Source: Nemertoderma westbladi (taxonomy: Eukaryota > Animalia > Xenacoelomorpha). From it: a stretch of DNA of 42,445 nucleotides. Position numbers and translations under genes: made by a program. Where the stretch lies: assembly GCA_032718475.1 (NCBI GenBank), contig JAUCBJ010007928.1, positions 1 through 42,445 on the forward strand. The letters run 5' to 3'. Shown here piece by piece: positions 1-11,900 of the stretch. The notes below the pieces were generated by a model. That model saw only the letters and a list, made by a program, of their open reading frames with translations. It was not told where the DNA came from and searched no databases. Within the stretch, counting starts at the first letter, position 1; each line of letters begins with the position of its first letter.

Positions 1-602
1 TAGTGAAGCACCATAGGTCTATTACAGGCACTAGGGCTCAAGTTAAGCGAGTCCAAGTGATGGCTGTAAAACAGCAACAGTACCCGAACCGAGAAGTTAT
101 TTCTCAACTACGTAGTAACTCTAGTTCTGACACCGAAGAGTTAATGCCCGAGATCGGATCAAGGATGGAAGAAGTGGTTTAGCCTGACCCACTTTTGATT
201 CTTCCTGGGGCCGTGCTCACTAGAGTACTTATAGCCGTAGAAGAACATCAAGCGGACTGGATGAGAAATAAGAGATCAACCAGGGACAGTCATGCCAGAT
301 ACCCGTTGGAAGAACTAAGGTCTATAGTAGAGACTCAATGGAACTTCCCCTGACCCGGACTCCCGTTTAACTTATCGGAAGCTGCCTGGGAAGACTTATA
401 TCAAATGGGCATAGTTAGAGACACCCGAGATCCCGCTGTATGGAAGAGGTCAGCAGCCGGATATGTCCAGGGATTCTTCAACTCCTTGGGACGAATAGAA
501 ACACAGTTATTTCAACAACCACAGGGACCTCAAGAGCGGGGAGAGCTGCTTTACCAACTGAGAGAACGTATATTGAGGATCAGATTAATCATTCAAGCAT
601 TT
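1..602 (+). pseudogene. Element A gag N-terminal remnant
   Basis: Encodes DPAVWKRSAAGYVQGFF...QPQGPQE, matching the element B ORF around 9050-9660. In-frame stops near 180 and 351. Confidence 0.9.
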
Positions 603-2419
603 TACCTCTATGGATGGAGTCGAATGCCTTCTTGAAGTCCACAAAAGTCATGACTGCGGGGAGATTCTTTGACTTAATTCCTTCAATCAGTCTCCGTAGC
701 GCAAGTATCTGAGCTATTGTTGATCTACTTGGTCAAAATCCGTTTTGGCTCTTACGCAGTAGTTTCTCTATGTGAGGCCTAATCCTATATAGAATCATTT
801 TATTGTATATTTTGGCAGCTACCACAAGCAGACAGATCGCACGATAGTTTGTTGGTATGTCTCCTTTCTTGGGGAGAGGCTTTAGTTGACCTTTAGTCCA
901 AATTGGTGGTGGCTTTTCCCCTTTTAACATCCGGTTGCAAACATTCAATAATGGTCTATTTAGCACTCCGGTTTTCCATACCTCCGCTGGGATTTCATCT
1001 AATCCACTCGCTTTAATATTGGACATGCTTTTAATGCTTCTTTGGAGTTCGGCAGGTGTGAAGTCCCCTGTTTCTATAGGTAGTGTCTTGTCATATATTT
1101 TCCTTGTAGGGCTGACCTCGATGTTTGGTGGCTGCCCAAGCAAGTTGCTGAAGTGATTTTTCCACTTCCCAACACGTTCTTCAGGACTATCGGCTTTGAG
1201 GCGCCCCTTTGCACAACTTTTCCGACCAGATACCTCATTTACAGTTTGCCAGGTAAGTCTTGATTGTTGCTGTATGTGAGCAGTTGTAATTGCTTCAGTT
1301 TTATCCTGTATGTACTTTTCCTGGCTGATGTTGTAGGCCAATTTAAGATCGTCCTTAGCTTTCTCAACCTTGTTAATGTTTTCGGTTGTTGGTTGTTCGG
1401 TTTTAAATTTGTAGGCTATCTTAAGATCTTCTCTCTTACAAGTAACCTCAGAGTTTTGCCATGGCACATACTGTTTTCGTTTAGGTTTCTGGGGGATATG
1501 CCTCTTAGCTGATTCCTTGTGGGCTGTTATTATATTCTGGTATATTGAATCGGTGGATTGGTCTTCATCCATTGACTGAAGTGCTTCAAAGCGGTTTTGA
1601 ACTTCTACTGTATAAGCATCCTTTACAGCATTGTCAGTTCTGAGTTTCTCCCAGTCATAGTTGATTTGCTTGCTTGTCCTGGGTTTGCTGGCTCTCAAAC
1701 TGAGTCTGATCTCTGCAGTCACAATTCTGTGGTCAGAACCAATTCGGTTGAACGAGCTGTATGCCTCGCAGTTGATCATGCTATTTCTCCACTTTTTGTT
1801 TATAAGGATGTAATCCAGTTGTGCTTTGGTTCCATTAGGGTATTGAAAGGTCCATAGCTTCCCCTTACTCTTTTCGAATGTGTTGTTTGTTGGTATCAAT
1901 TCACATTCTTCCATTAGGTCTAAAAGTAAGTACCCATTTCTGTTAGAACTGGTGTTATAGGTCTAACCCTTGATGTCTTCTGGGCCAATTTGCGCATTCA
2001 GGTCACCAGCAATGACTTTAACATTGTGTTTCGGGATATCCTTAATAAGTCCAGTCAGTTCTTCATAAAACTTGACTGCTTGTTCTGGCTCTGATGCATT
2101 GGTTGGACTGTAGCAACATATAACTGTTGTCTTGGGATTCCCATCAAATGTTGCGATCATAACCCTGGAATTTATAGATTCGATGTTGTTTAGGGTCTTA
2201 AGTGCAAATGGGCTTAGCAGAATTCCTACTCCACCAATTGATGCATTGGCCGAGTTTCTTACTGCTGAGCTTGTTACTAACGTCCATCCATTTCCAATGT
2301 CATTGTACTTCATGGCAGTGTCTTCATGACAAATCCAATGTTCTTGGATGCAGATGATGTCGATGTTATATTCCATTGCCAGAGTGACCATGTCACCCTG
2401 TTTGCTCTGTGCTTTCAAC
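603..2419 (-). mobile_element. Internal fragment of an RTE-like non-LTR retrotransposon (AP endonuclease + start of RT), degenerate
   Basis: ORFs 1963-2421 and 733-1914 carry endonuclease motifs IQEH, YSPT, GDLNAQIG, LDYIL, SDH, then NYRAICLL and QNGF. Past the stop the frame continues ...FVDFKKAFDSIHRGK to ~603. No tail or TSD. Confidence 0.9.
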
Positions 2420-5400
2420 ACAGGTAAAGGTAATAAATCTCGTTCAAACAGACGTAGAAGAGCGCCACACAGACATAAGTTGCCTAACTTACCCCATACG
2501 GGGAGAAGGGAGCTAGCTAATGTAAACTTAAGTAATAGAGAGTCAACAGACCAAATTATAAGAGTAGAAAGACTCCCTAATATAGTAGATGAGCCAGAAA
2601 TAATTAGGCCTGTTAGCGAAGCTACTCCTTTAATAGAGACCCCTTTGCTCCCAGAACCTAACCTTTACACAGTACCAAAACTACCTATGTCCAGTAGACA
2701 ACTGCCAGAATCTCAGACTGTTATTGACGCCGAGCAAGAGATAATAACCGAACTGTCCCCTGTCGTCCCGATATGCCATCCAGCTACGCTGTTGGCGACT
2801 CCTGCTTCCGCGGTTGAGTGGATGTAGGAAGGACGACGGGGGATGGATGAATTACTCGGGCAATTGGAGGAGAACAAAATACAGTCCTCTAAACAAGTCC
2901 AAGAATTGGAAGGGACTGTTCAACTGTTAAAGGGAACAGTAAGAGAGAGTAAATTAGAGCTGCAAGAAGTACAGCAGCATATCACTCTCGAATGCGATAA
3001 ATTAGTAAATATACAAATGGGTATACCACCACCCTCTGTAACAATGTGTCAGCCCATTAGCTCTGAAGTATTTCATGCGCAAGGTGTGGAGCCTACACGC
3101 ATCTATACTGCTAGTGAAGTAGAAACTCCTATAGTAAACCCTATTAAAAGTATTAATAAGCCTGTCGATAATGATATCCCATACCGATCTGATAATAATC
3201 CGAGAAATTTATATACCAATAATTTGATATTAAATAGTACGATGGCTCAAGAAAGCTTCACACGTCAGATGGCTAGAACGGAAGCCCGTCAAGCGGTAAA
3301 GGTGGGAGAGGTTGTCAAGTTTAATGGAGATGAGATGAAATGGTTACTTTTTAATGAATATTACAAGGATAACATACAAAACTCCGTGCTATCCAGCGGA
3401 GATAATTTGCGATTCCTCATCGAGTGCTTGGAAGGACCTCCCAAGATAATGGCGTTAAAGTTTATTGGACATCCGGACGGATTGAGACAAGTTAGGGATA
3501 CACTTAACATCACGTATGGTAATAGGACTAACATATCTAGATATCTGTATGCAAAATTAGAAGCGCCCAGAAAGTTTCTTAGCAGCGGGATTATAGAGTT
3601 TTCCGATGAGATTCAGGAGATCTGTAGACAGTTAAACTGGTTGGGTAAGTCTCATGAATACGAGAGTTCTATGGTTGTAGGAGCCGTAGCATCAACTTTG
3701 CCAAAGGGCGGAGTAGGTACTCGCTGGGACAAAAAGGTTCTCTATTTGATGGACCAACAACATAGAGATCCAACCATGGCTGACCTTATGTCGTTCTTAA
3801 ATGGAGAGGTAAGATTACAGCTCATAAAACAGTAACCAAGGTAAGTGAAAAACCCATTACTAGGAGAAAGGTAACACCAGTGTGTTATACGAATAATTAT
3901 GAAAGTCAAACGTTCATAACGAAAATAGTGGCAAAGACACCGAGACATCTTATTACACGAATAAGGTCAAGAAAGACGTAAGTAAATCTAAGGCTCGAAC
4001 CAGTGGCAAGAGAGAACAGATAACAACCCCCCCCCCCCCCCCCCCTACATCTCCCAAGAGAATTCATGGTAGGAAGCCCGAAGAAAGAGCTAGTGTACAA
4101 AATAACATGCAAGTTAAGGTAAGTAACATCAAATCTAAGTGTGTATTGTGCGACGGGCCACATCGCTTGAGTGGGTATGAGGAATTCTTGAAGAAAGAAC
4201 TAAAGGACAGACGTGATGTCATGTGGGATAAACGATTGTGTTATAATTGCCTCAGACGAGGACATCAAAGGAAAACCTGTTACTCAGACGTGAGGTGTGC
4301 TAAGTGTGGAGCGAAACATCATATCTTGCAACACACCGAGTTTGATAAGACTCGGACGAGTCCGGTAAGTGAGCCCAAACTAGATGTACAATTCAGTGAT
4401 GTAAACGACACTGACCATGGTTCGGAGATGGAAGGATTCTATATACATGAATTTTCCAACGAAAATGAATCTTGTTATATGATCAACACAACGGTATATC
4501 GAGCCCTTACATATGAGACCGAAACGGAGGGAGAAGAACACCAACTATCTATTCCAGATAGACAGCTTTCATGGAAAATTTCAACACAATCTGTCGGTAT
4601 CCGAGAGTTCCCAGTGGTACAACTGAGAGTACATGGAAAAGGGAAGAGCTTAATAGTGAATGCCCTCCTTGACTCCGGTAGTACAGGCACCTTTATTGAC
4701 AAGGACCTGGCCGAAGATATCTTTGCTGATCAACCAAAGTTCCGAACCAAACTGAACCTTTCCGGGATTATGCAGGTTTGGAAATCTACGGTATCCACAG
4801 ATTTTTATGTTGGATCATTGTCTACTCCCCAAGATGAACTAGGTGAGAACAGTATAAGGTCAGTTAAATGTTGACGATAAAGAACTTTGCTACTAGCCAA
4901 GTAGAGCGTTACAACTGGGATGAAGACCATTTTACCCAGCAATACAACATACCTAGATTCACTATAGATTACCCAGGTGTACAGATACTGCTCGGCCAGA
5001 ATGCGCACGAGGCACTTGAGACCCTAGAGAAACGGCCTGCTCGACCGCGACCACTACAGAGTAGGTTGGTATTTCACGGGACCTTCCCACAGGACTTTGC
5101 AGGAAAGATCTAAGGGAGAGCAAGTCCATCAGGTAAGGTAAGGTGAGGAAGTCGTGAGCAAAGAGGATATCCCAGCTGAGGAAACTCTATGCTCATCAGA
5201 CAACGACAACATCCAGACTCTATATGACGAGGAGAATACCATTGAACTCCTCACTGAGAATCAAACTTGGTCAAACCAAGTTAATTTGTGTAACCTTATC
5301 TGTCAAAACAACAGACTGTTGACATACGATGACGAACTCAATGAGGTAGTAGAGCGATATAATGATAAGATATGAGATGAACACGCGGTACGATTCTTTA

Positions 5401-5491
5401 CTCAAGAAGCTGTAGAGCCTAATTCCTACGACAAAGCATTATCCATCGAGGAAGAGAGAGCTAAGCAAATTCAGGAAATGACCACTCGTTA
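2420..5491 (+). pseudogene. Element A gag (capsid, 3 zinc knuckles) and aspartic protease, disrupted
   Basis: ORF pieces 2843-3835, 4107-4874, 4868-5113 and 5154-5375 parallel element B. Motifs CYNCLRRGHQRKTC, CAKCGAKHHILQH, ALLDSGS. Several stops and frameshifts. Confidence 0.92.
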
Positions 5492-6652
5492 TGTAAAAGC
5501 TTTTGTGGGATAACTGATTCGTTTGCCTTGTTAACCAGTTCCCCCCCAGGCGCTGAATACTCTAAAAGGGGATCTATAACTCGAATAGCGCAAGCTACCG
5601 GCTGATTGGCTGATTCGCTGTGCGAAGGGATCTGGGCTACGTTTGATTGTCCAACCAGCTTGGGAAAGTATCTGCCAATAGGATTTGAGTTGATTTTGAT
5701 TTCGACCTATCACAGATCTACTGAACTGAATTTTCCTATCTGTATGCTCTTTCTCTGTGTTGGGTGGAAGCCTTTGTAAATAAGGTTATTCTTATCAGTT
5801 TTCAGTGTTGTTGGTCTTTCTTTCCTAAGCCAGGAGAGAACGGCTTGGAAATATTTTGTGCCTTTCTGTTTTAATCTAACACTAGTAGGCTTAATTATAA
5901 GGACATATATCCGTTATCAAAACAAACCAAACAATCCATACCAAACTTAACACACACTGAATCACTGTGCATACTTTTATATTGTTATACTGCTATTTAC
6001 TGTCAGTTCTTCATAATATGGTTGATGAATTATTATATTTGGAATAACGATAAATAACCCCGAAACCCAATATTCTTGATATACCGAAGGTAAGAGAGAA
6101 AGGTTACATATAACGATTGTGACTTATGTTAAAGTGGTTTGAAGTGAATCTAATGTTATTTGATAGACCCTACATGAGTCGGTCCGTGTTCCTTTTATAT
6201 ATAACTAAAATCAGTGAAGATCGGCAGATCAGTGTGCAGTATTGTGCAGCATTGTGTATGAGTGAACCTGATAACGAAGCATTTCCTAAAGAATGCGCCA
6301 TATATGTGAATTATAACTAAGCCATATCGTTGTGAGTAGTTTAAGTCATAACTCTGTTTGTATAGATAGAGCGCCACGTCCTAAAGGAACTGTTAATATT
6401 CCCCGAAGGTGAATAATATTGTCAGAGATTATATAATACTGTCAGTCGAATAATACATTAGGCTTACATAGCAATAAGATTAAGCCGTCGAACCCAATCT
6501 CCCGGGTATATCCAGCGGGTGAATGATCGCGCACAGATTGGTTTCGACTAGTGTAGTGAATTAAATACTTGTCATAGACTAAAAGTGATTTATTATCTAG
6601 AAGACATTCTAATTTGGCGGGTTAAACTGCCAAAGGTCTGAAAGCGCGAACA
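5492..6652 (+). repeat. 5' LTR of element B
   Basis: TGTAAAAGC...GCGAACA; direct repeat of 20172-21332 with differences seen only at 6443 and 6646. Confidence 0.97.
6087..6095 (+). promoter_or_regulatory. Candidate splice donor inside the LTR (AAG|GTAAGA)
   Basis: Near-consensus 5' splice site, conserved as GAG|GTAAGC at 32509-32517 in the diverged LTR of A. Confidence 0.5.
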
Positions 6653-6663
6653 ATAACGGATAT
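6653..6663 (+). promoter_or_regulatory. Non-canonical primer-binding site complementary to LTR 5907-5917
   Basis: ATAACGGATAT directly follows the LTR-terminal CA. There is no TGG/tRNA-type PBS. It is the exact reverse complement of ATATCCGTTAT at 5907-5917. Confidence 0.55.
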
Positions 6664-6718
6664 TCTTCTTTATTGCAGTAAGCAATAAAGTTGAAAGTAC
6701 CGGTCAACCGGTAAACCT

Positions 6719-6850
6719 GAACGGTACATCTGTAGGTCAGTAGGCCCAACCGCCAGAACCGGTACTGCCGTAGGTCCGTAGGTCCAACTGCCAGAACCGG
6801 TACTTCTGTAGGTCCGTAGGCCCAACTGTCCTAACCGGTACTTCCGTATA
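6719..6850 (+). repeat. 38-bp tandem repeat (~3.5 copies) in the leader of B
   Basis: Unit ~AACCGGTACTKCYGTAGGTCCGTAGGYCCAACTGCCAG; AACCGGTA starts at 6757, 6795 and 6833. Confidence 0.9.
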
Positions 6851-7020
6851 AGTACACTAGTATTATTCGATTTGATTGTTGTATACCGGTAGGCTGTTTA
6901 AGAGATTAGGGACTGTGCACCCCTTGTTTCTTTTGGAGCTTACTTATTTCTGTCAGTTTTATTTATTTGTAGGCCAGTATTGAGCAGAAGGCGTGTAAGC
7001 CTGATCAGATTGTGCAGACA

Positions 7021-7591
7021 ATTTGTAGGTTGAACTGTTGTCTGATTGCTGTTAAGTCTGAACGGATTGCAGTGTGTGTAGGTCACCTGTCCGATAAAGA
7101 ACGGTTAGGAAGTAGGGGCAGCGAATGCTGTAAGGTAAACCCCCAACTAAAGAATAAGTCGTACTACTGGGTTAGAACGCATACTACCTAATCATTTCGG
7201 GGTCTGCATGTCCTGTAGTTTATTTAGGCTTGAGAGTAGTCTGCCATCGTTTAGTCTGTACTTTGTTTGTGTAAGTCTGTACGGGTAGCGTATAATATTT
7301 ATTTAGATAATTTGTAGGCTGGATAGTTGTCTGGCTGTTATTAGGTCTGAACGGATTGCAGCGTGTGTAGATCACTTGTCCGATAAAGAACGGTTAGGAA
7401 GTAGGGGCAGCGAATACTGTAAGGTAAACCCCCAACTAAAGAATAAGTCGTACTACTGGGTTAGAACGCATACTACCTAATCATTTCGGAGTCTGCATGT
7501 CCTGTAGTTTATTTAGGCTTGATAGTAGTCTGTCAGTGTTTGGTCTGCATTTTGTTTGAGTGGTTTGTACGCGTAGCGTAATATTTATTAT
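7021..7591 (+). repeat. 289-bp tandem duplication in the leader of B
   Basis: CGATAAAGAACGGTTAGGAAGTAGGGGCAGCG at 7092 and 7381; the copies are highly similar throughout. Confidence 0.92.
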
Positions 7592-8528
7592 TCAGAGTTT
7601 ATGCGATTATTCGCAACATTCATTCCCCAAGTTTGTTCCTACAATAATTGTGTTTGTTATACATACCGCTATAGTTAAATTAACCCCGGTACTACACGGG
7701 CTGCTTGGCGTAGGTAAAGACTGGTGATTTTGTGCATCGGTCACTCCAGCAGATGCCGTGGTTCTTTTAGCTGTTCAAGTATATTTAACTACTGATTATC
7801 TGTTGTACAAGTACTCGTACCTAATTTAGGGTTTAGTGTACAGTGCTTTCCGAGAGTAATTAGTGTAGGCATTATATTTGTGTTGTAAAGTGGTTGATAG
7901 GCACGTTCGATTAGCTCTATTAACTTCTAGGTAGGAACACTCCGTGATACATAACGTAGAACCTATAGCGATACGGCTAAAGGTCGTCAGGCGGTGGTAT
8001 TTTCCTATCTGGACAACGCAGTGTATTTACTACTACGTATTATTTTCAAATACCGCAGTACCCTGTCCGTTGTAATAACCAGATTTCTAACCCTTTGTTA
8101 GGCTGGTTTGTAGACTTCTTGTAAAATTACCCTGAAAATTCGTATTTTGTGTTTTTGTAAATTTTTGTGTTTATTTAGAGATTGTAATCTCACCCGAATT
8201 GTACGTAATTTGTAGTATTAAGTAACTTAGGTAAATTAGTATTATTTGTTTTAGTGTCCTATAAGTAACACTTCACTGAAAGCGCACCGCTTTGTGTAGT
8301 GATTACCCCTCAGAAATAATAACATTTATTTCAAACATTGACAAAACCCATTAAAACGGGTATATATATATTATAAATCAAATCTAACGATTTATAAATC
8401 GTAGGCCTACCATACAACCATTAGGTCTCAATATCAGTTGGATTACTGCTCAAATAACGGTAATAAAGTAAGTAAAGTAACAAAGTAACCCTAAAATTCA
8501 GTAATTTAATTATTTAAAATAATTGATA

Positions 8529-8821
8529 TACCGGTATTTACGATAGGCCTATTATCTTTATTTCTATAAATCTAGGCTGAAATTATACCGGTACTTGTAA
8601 TTAATTCTATTCCAGAATTATATATACTATAAACTGTAAGCTGTATACCGGTATTCCCGATAGGCCTATTATATATTTATATATATTTGTGCTAAAATTG
8701 TACCGGTATTCTGTGATAAACCTAGTCTGTAATAAAACTTATAATAGTTATATATACTATAAGCATACCGGTATTCTAATATATTATATATATCACGCTA
8801 CACTGAGTAGCAGTACCGGTA
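8529..8821. repeat. Degenerate ~58-bp repeat carrying six TACCGGTA palindromes
   Basis: TACCGGTA at 8529, 8586, 8646, 8701, 8766 and 8814 in AT-rich spacers. Confidence 0.8.
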
Positions 8822-8909
8822 ATTAATTACTAGGCTATCAGTTAATACTGAGTTACTAGACTTGCTCAGACTGTAATACAGCAGTAGACATTCAACTGTA
8901 CACATAAAC

Positions 8910-11900
8910 ATGTCTGATACTAAGCAGAACCTGTCAGACAGTTTATTAGATGTAACTATCTGCGACTCAGATAGAGGCGTAGAACCGTCTAGTCGTAAGT
9001 TCAGTTCACCTCCCACTGTGAGGAAGGTCATCCCTCCAGTAGTAATAACAGAACCTAGGCTGGTCCAACATCGTAGGTCTATCATAGGCACTCGAGCTCA
9101 GGTCAAGCGGTACCAAGAAGCAGCGGAACAGCAACAACCCGCGAGCCAAGAACTTACTTCTCAACGGCCCAACAGCTCCAGTAGTGAGGATACGGTAGAA
9201 CTGACACCAGAACGCGGAGCAAAGATGATGGATGCGGTTTATTCGGATCCCCTTCTCATCCTTCCTGCAGCCGTACTCACTAGGTTATTGATCGCTGTGG
9301 AAGAACACCAGATCGATTGGGCGAGAAGCCAGCGTTCAACTAGAGATAGTTATGCTGGATACACAAGGGAAGAACTGAAGTCCATGGTCGAGTCGCAATG
9401 GAACTTCCCCGGACCCGGACTCCCGTTTGATTTATCAGAAGCTGCCTGGGAAGACATACACCGGATGGGAGTAGCCAAGGAAACCATCGATCCCGCTGTG
9501 TGGAAGAGGTCCGCAGCCGGATACGCACAGGGATTCTTCAGCTCTATGGAGCGAGTAAAAGGACAACTGTTTCAACAACCACAAGGACCTCAAGAGCAGG
9601 GACAACTGCTTTATCAAGTGAGAGAAAGAATTCTACGAATCAGGCTAATATTATCGGCCTTTGAAGAGGCTTCTAAACGAAGGCAAGACACGTCGTTGCA
9701 AGTTGCCGTAAAGACTTGGTTTCAAAGGGTGAGTCGCCAGGTTCAAGGAGCAGCTCAGTGGAAAGCTCAATTGGAGGAGCGCTCAACCCATGGAGAATCA
9801 ACGGACGCTATTTCTTCCCAAGTGGAAAGTGAAGCGACGGCAGAGAAACCGCATAAGAGGGATGCCATTGACATCTATCTGTCAGACTATCAACGTTTTT
9901 TAGGTGATGACGAGTTGAGGAGAAGGTTAGAGGGACTTAGCCCTAATAGTGAAGGAACCAAGCTTGTGTTGGATGCCATCGATGTGGAAATGAGGGCTGC
10001 GAATCAGGCTAAATTTGATGAACAACTCCGCATCACACGAGTCCAGGAGGAGCAAGTAAAGAAAAAACGTATAGAAGACAGAAAGAAAGCAGCAGTGGTA
10101 GCTGCAGAAGCAGAAAGAAAAGCGGCAGCGGCAGAGGCAGCGGCAGAGGCAAAGGCGGCAGAGGCAGCGGCAGAGGCAAAGGCGGCAGCGGCAGTGGCAG
10201 AAGCAAAAGCGGCCGAAGCTGAAAGAAAGGCGGCAGAGGCAGCGGCAGAAGCAAAGGCGGCAGAGGCAGCGGCAGAGTCAAAGGTGGCAGCGGCAGCGGC
10301 AGAAGCAAAAGCGGCCGAAGCCGAAAGAAAGGCGGCAAAGGCAGTGGCAGAAGCAGAACGGAGAGCGACTGAAGAAATCACCCAATTAGAATTGGAAAAC
10401 ATTCAGGAGAATCAAGACTGCATAAATAAACAGTTAACAGCTAGTAATATGCAGATGATGAATCGATCTACTCCCAAAAGACAGGGATATACATCATCTG
10501 AGGAAGGCGATACCACCGATACTGAAGGCAAAGGAAATAGATCTCGTCTAAGCAGACGTAAAAGAACATTCCACCGTCAGAAATTGCCTGATTTGCCTCC
10601 AGCTGTTAGAAGGCAACTAAATAACACCAACTTAGGTAGTACAGAGCCCACAGACCAAATAATTAAAATAGAAAGACTCCCTACTATAGTAGATGAGCCT
10701 GAAATAATTAGGCCTGTTCTTGAAATCACCCCTTCGGTGATAGATACACCGGTGCTCCCTGAAACTACCTCTAAATTCCCTCTGCATAGCACTAAGCTAC
10801 CTGTGCCCCGTAGAACTGCCCAGGAGACAGTTCAGGTCCTGGACCCCGAGCGAAATATTCCTGATTTGTCGCCCGTTGTCCCTCGTCCGCTCGCTACAAC
10901 GTTGGCGACTCCCGCTTCGGCGGTCGAATGGGTGGACGAGAGACGGCGGGGGATGGATCTCCTGCTCGGGCAGATGCAGGAGACGGTTCAGCAATTCAAG
11001 GGCACAGTAAGGGAAAGTAGGCTTGAGTTGCAAGAAGTGCAGCAAAGTATCGCGCTAGAACGCGATAAATTAGTAAATACCCAAAAGGGTATACCACCAC
11101 CCTCTGTAACAATGTGTCAACCTGTTAGGTCTGAAGTATCGCATGCGCAAGGTGTGGAGCCTACACGCATCTATACTGCTAGTGAAGTAGAAACTCCTAT
11201 AGTGAACCCTATTAAGGGTAATTATAGACCTGTTGATAATGATATTCCATATAGAACTGATCATAATCCGAGAAATTTATATACCGATAACTCGATATTA
11301 AATAACACGATGGCCCAAGAAAGTTTTACGCGTCAAATGGCTAGAACCGAAGCCCGGCAAGCGGTAAAGGTGGGAGAGATCGTCAAGTTCAATGGAGATG
11401 AGATGAAATGGTTACCTTTTAATGAATATTACAAAGATAACATACAGAACTCTGTACTATCTAATGGAGAAAAACTTAGATACCTCATCGAGTGCTTGGA
11501 AGGATCTCCCAAGTTAATGGCGTTAAAGTTTATTGGACATCCAGACGGATTAAGACAAGTTTGGGATACACTAACTACTACTACTAGGATCGGCATGCTG
11601 CATTGCAGCTGCATTTTTAAGAATGCTGTGCCGGCTTGTCAACAAAATTGCAGCGGAATTATCGAGTTTTCCGATGAGATTCAGGAGATCTGTAGACAAT
11701 TAGATTGGCTAGGTAAGTCTCAGGAGTATCAGAATGCCATGGTTATTAGAGCAGTGGCTTCTACTTTACCGAAGGGTGGAGTAGGTACACGCTGGGATAA
11801 GAAAGTGTTATATATGATGGAACAACAACGACGAGACCCTACCATGGCTGATCTCATGTCCTTCCTAGATGGAGAAGTGAAATTACAGCTCCTGAAACTG

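Noticed and set aside
4027-4045. Poly-C run (also poly-G at ~34466 and ~38888)
   Set aside because: Simple homopolymer expansions; in A it corresponds to a short CTCCTCCC in B.
5531-6377. Short ORFs in the LTR (repeated at 20211-21214)
   Set aside because: Duplicated only because the LTRs are; no motifs, and not evidently preserved in A's LTR.
6613-6700. Hammerhead or other ribozyme at the LTR/leader junction
   Set aside because: Hairpins exist (~6613-6634, 6668-6690) but the CUGANGA/GAAA core is not correctly present.
6719-6850. 38-bp repeats as a CRISPR array
   Set aside because: Head-to-tail repeats without unique spacers, no cas genes, eukaryotic retrotransposon context.
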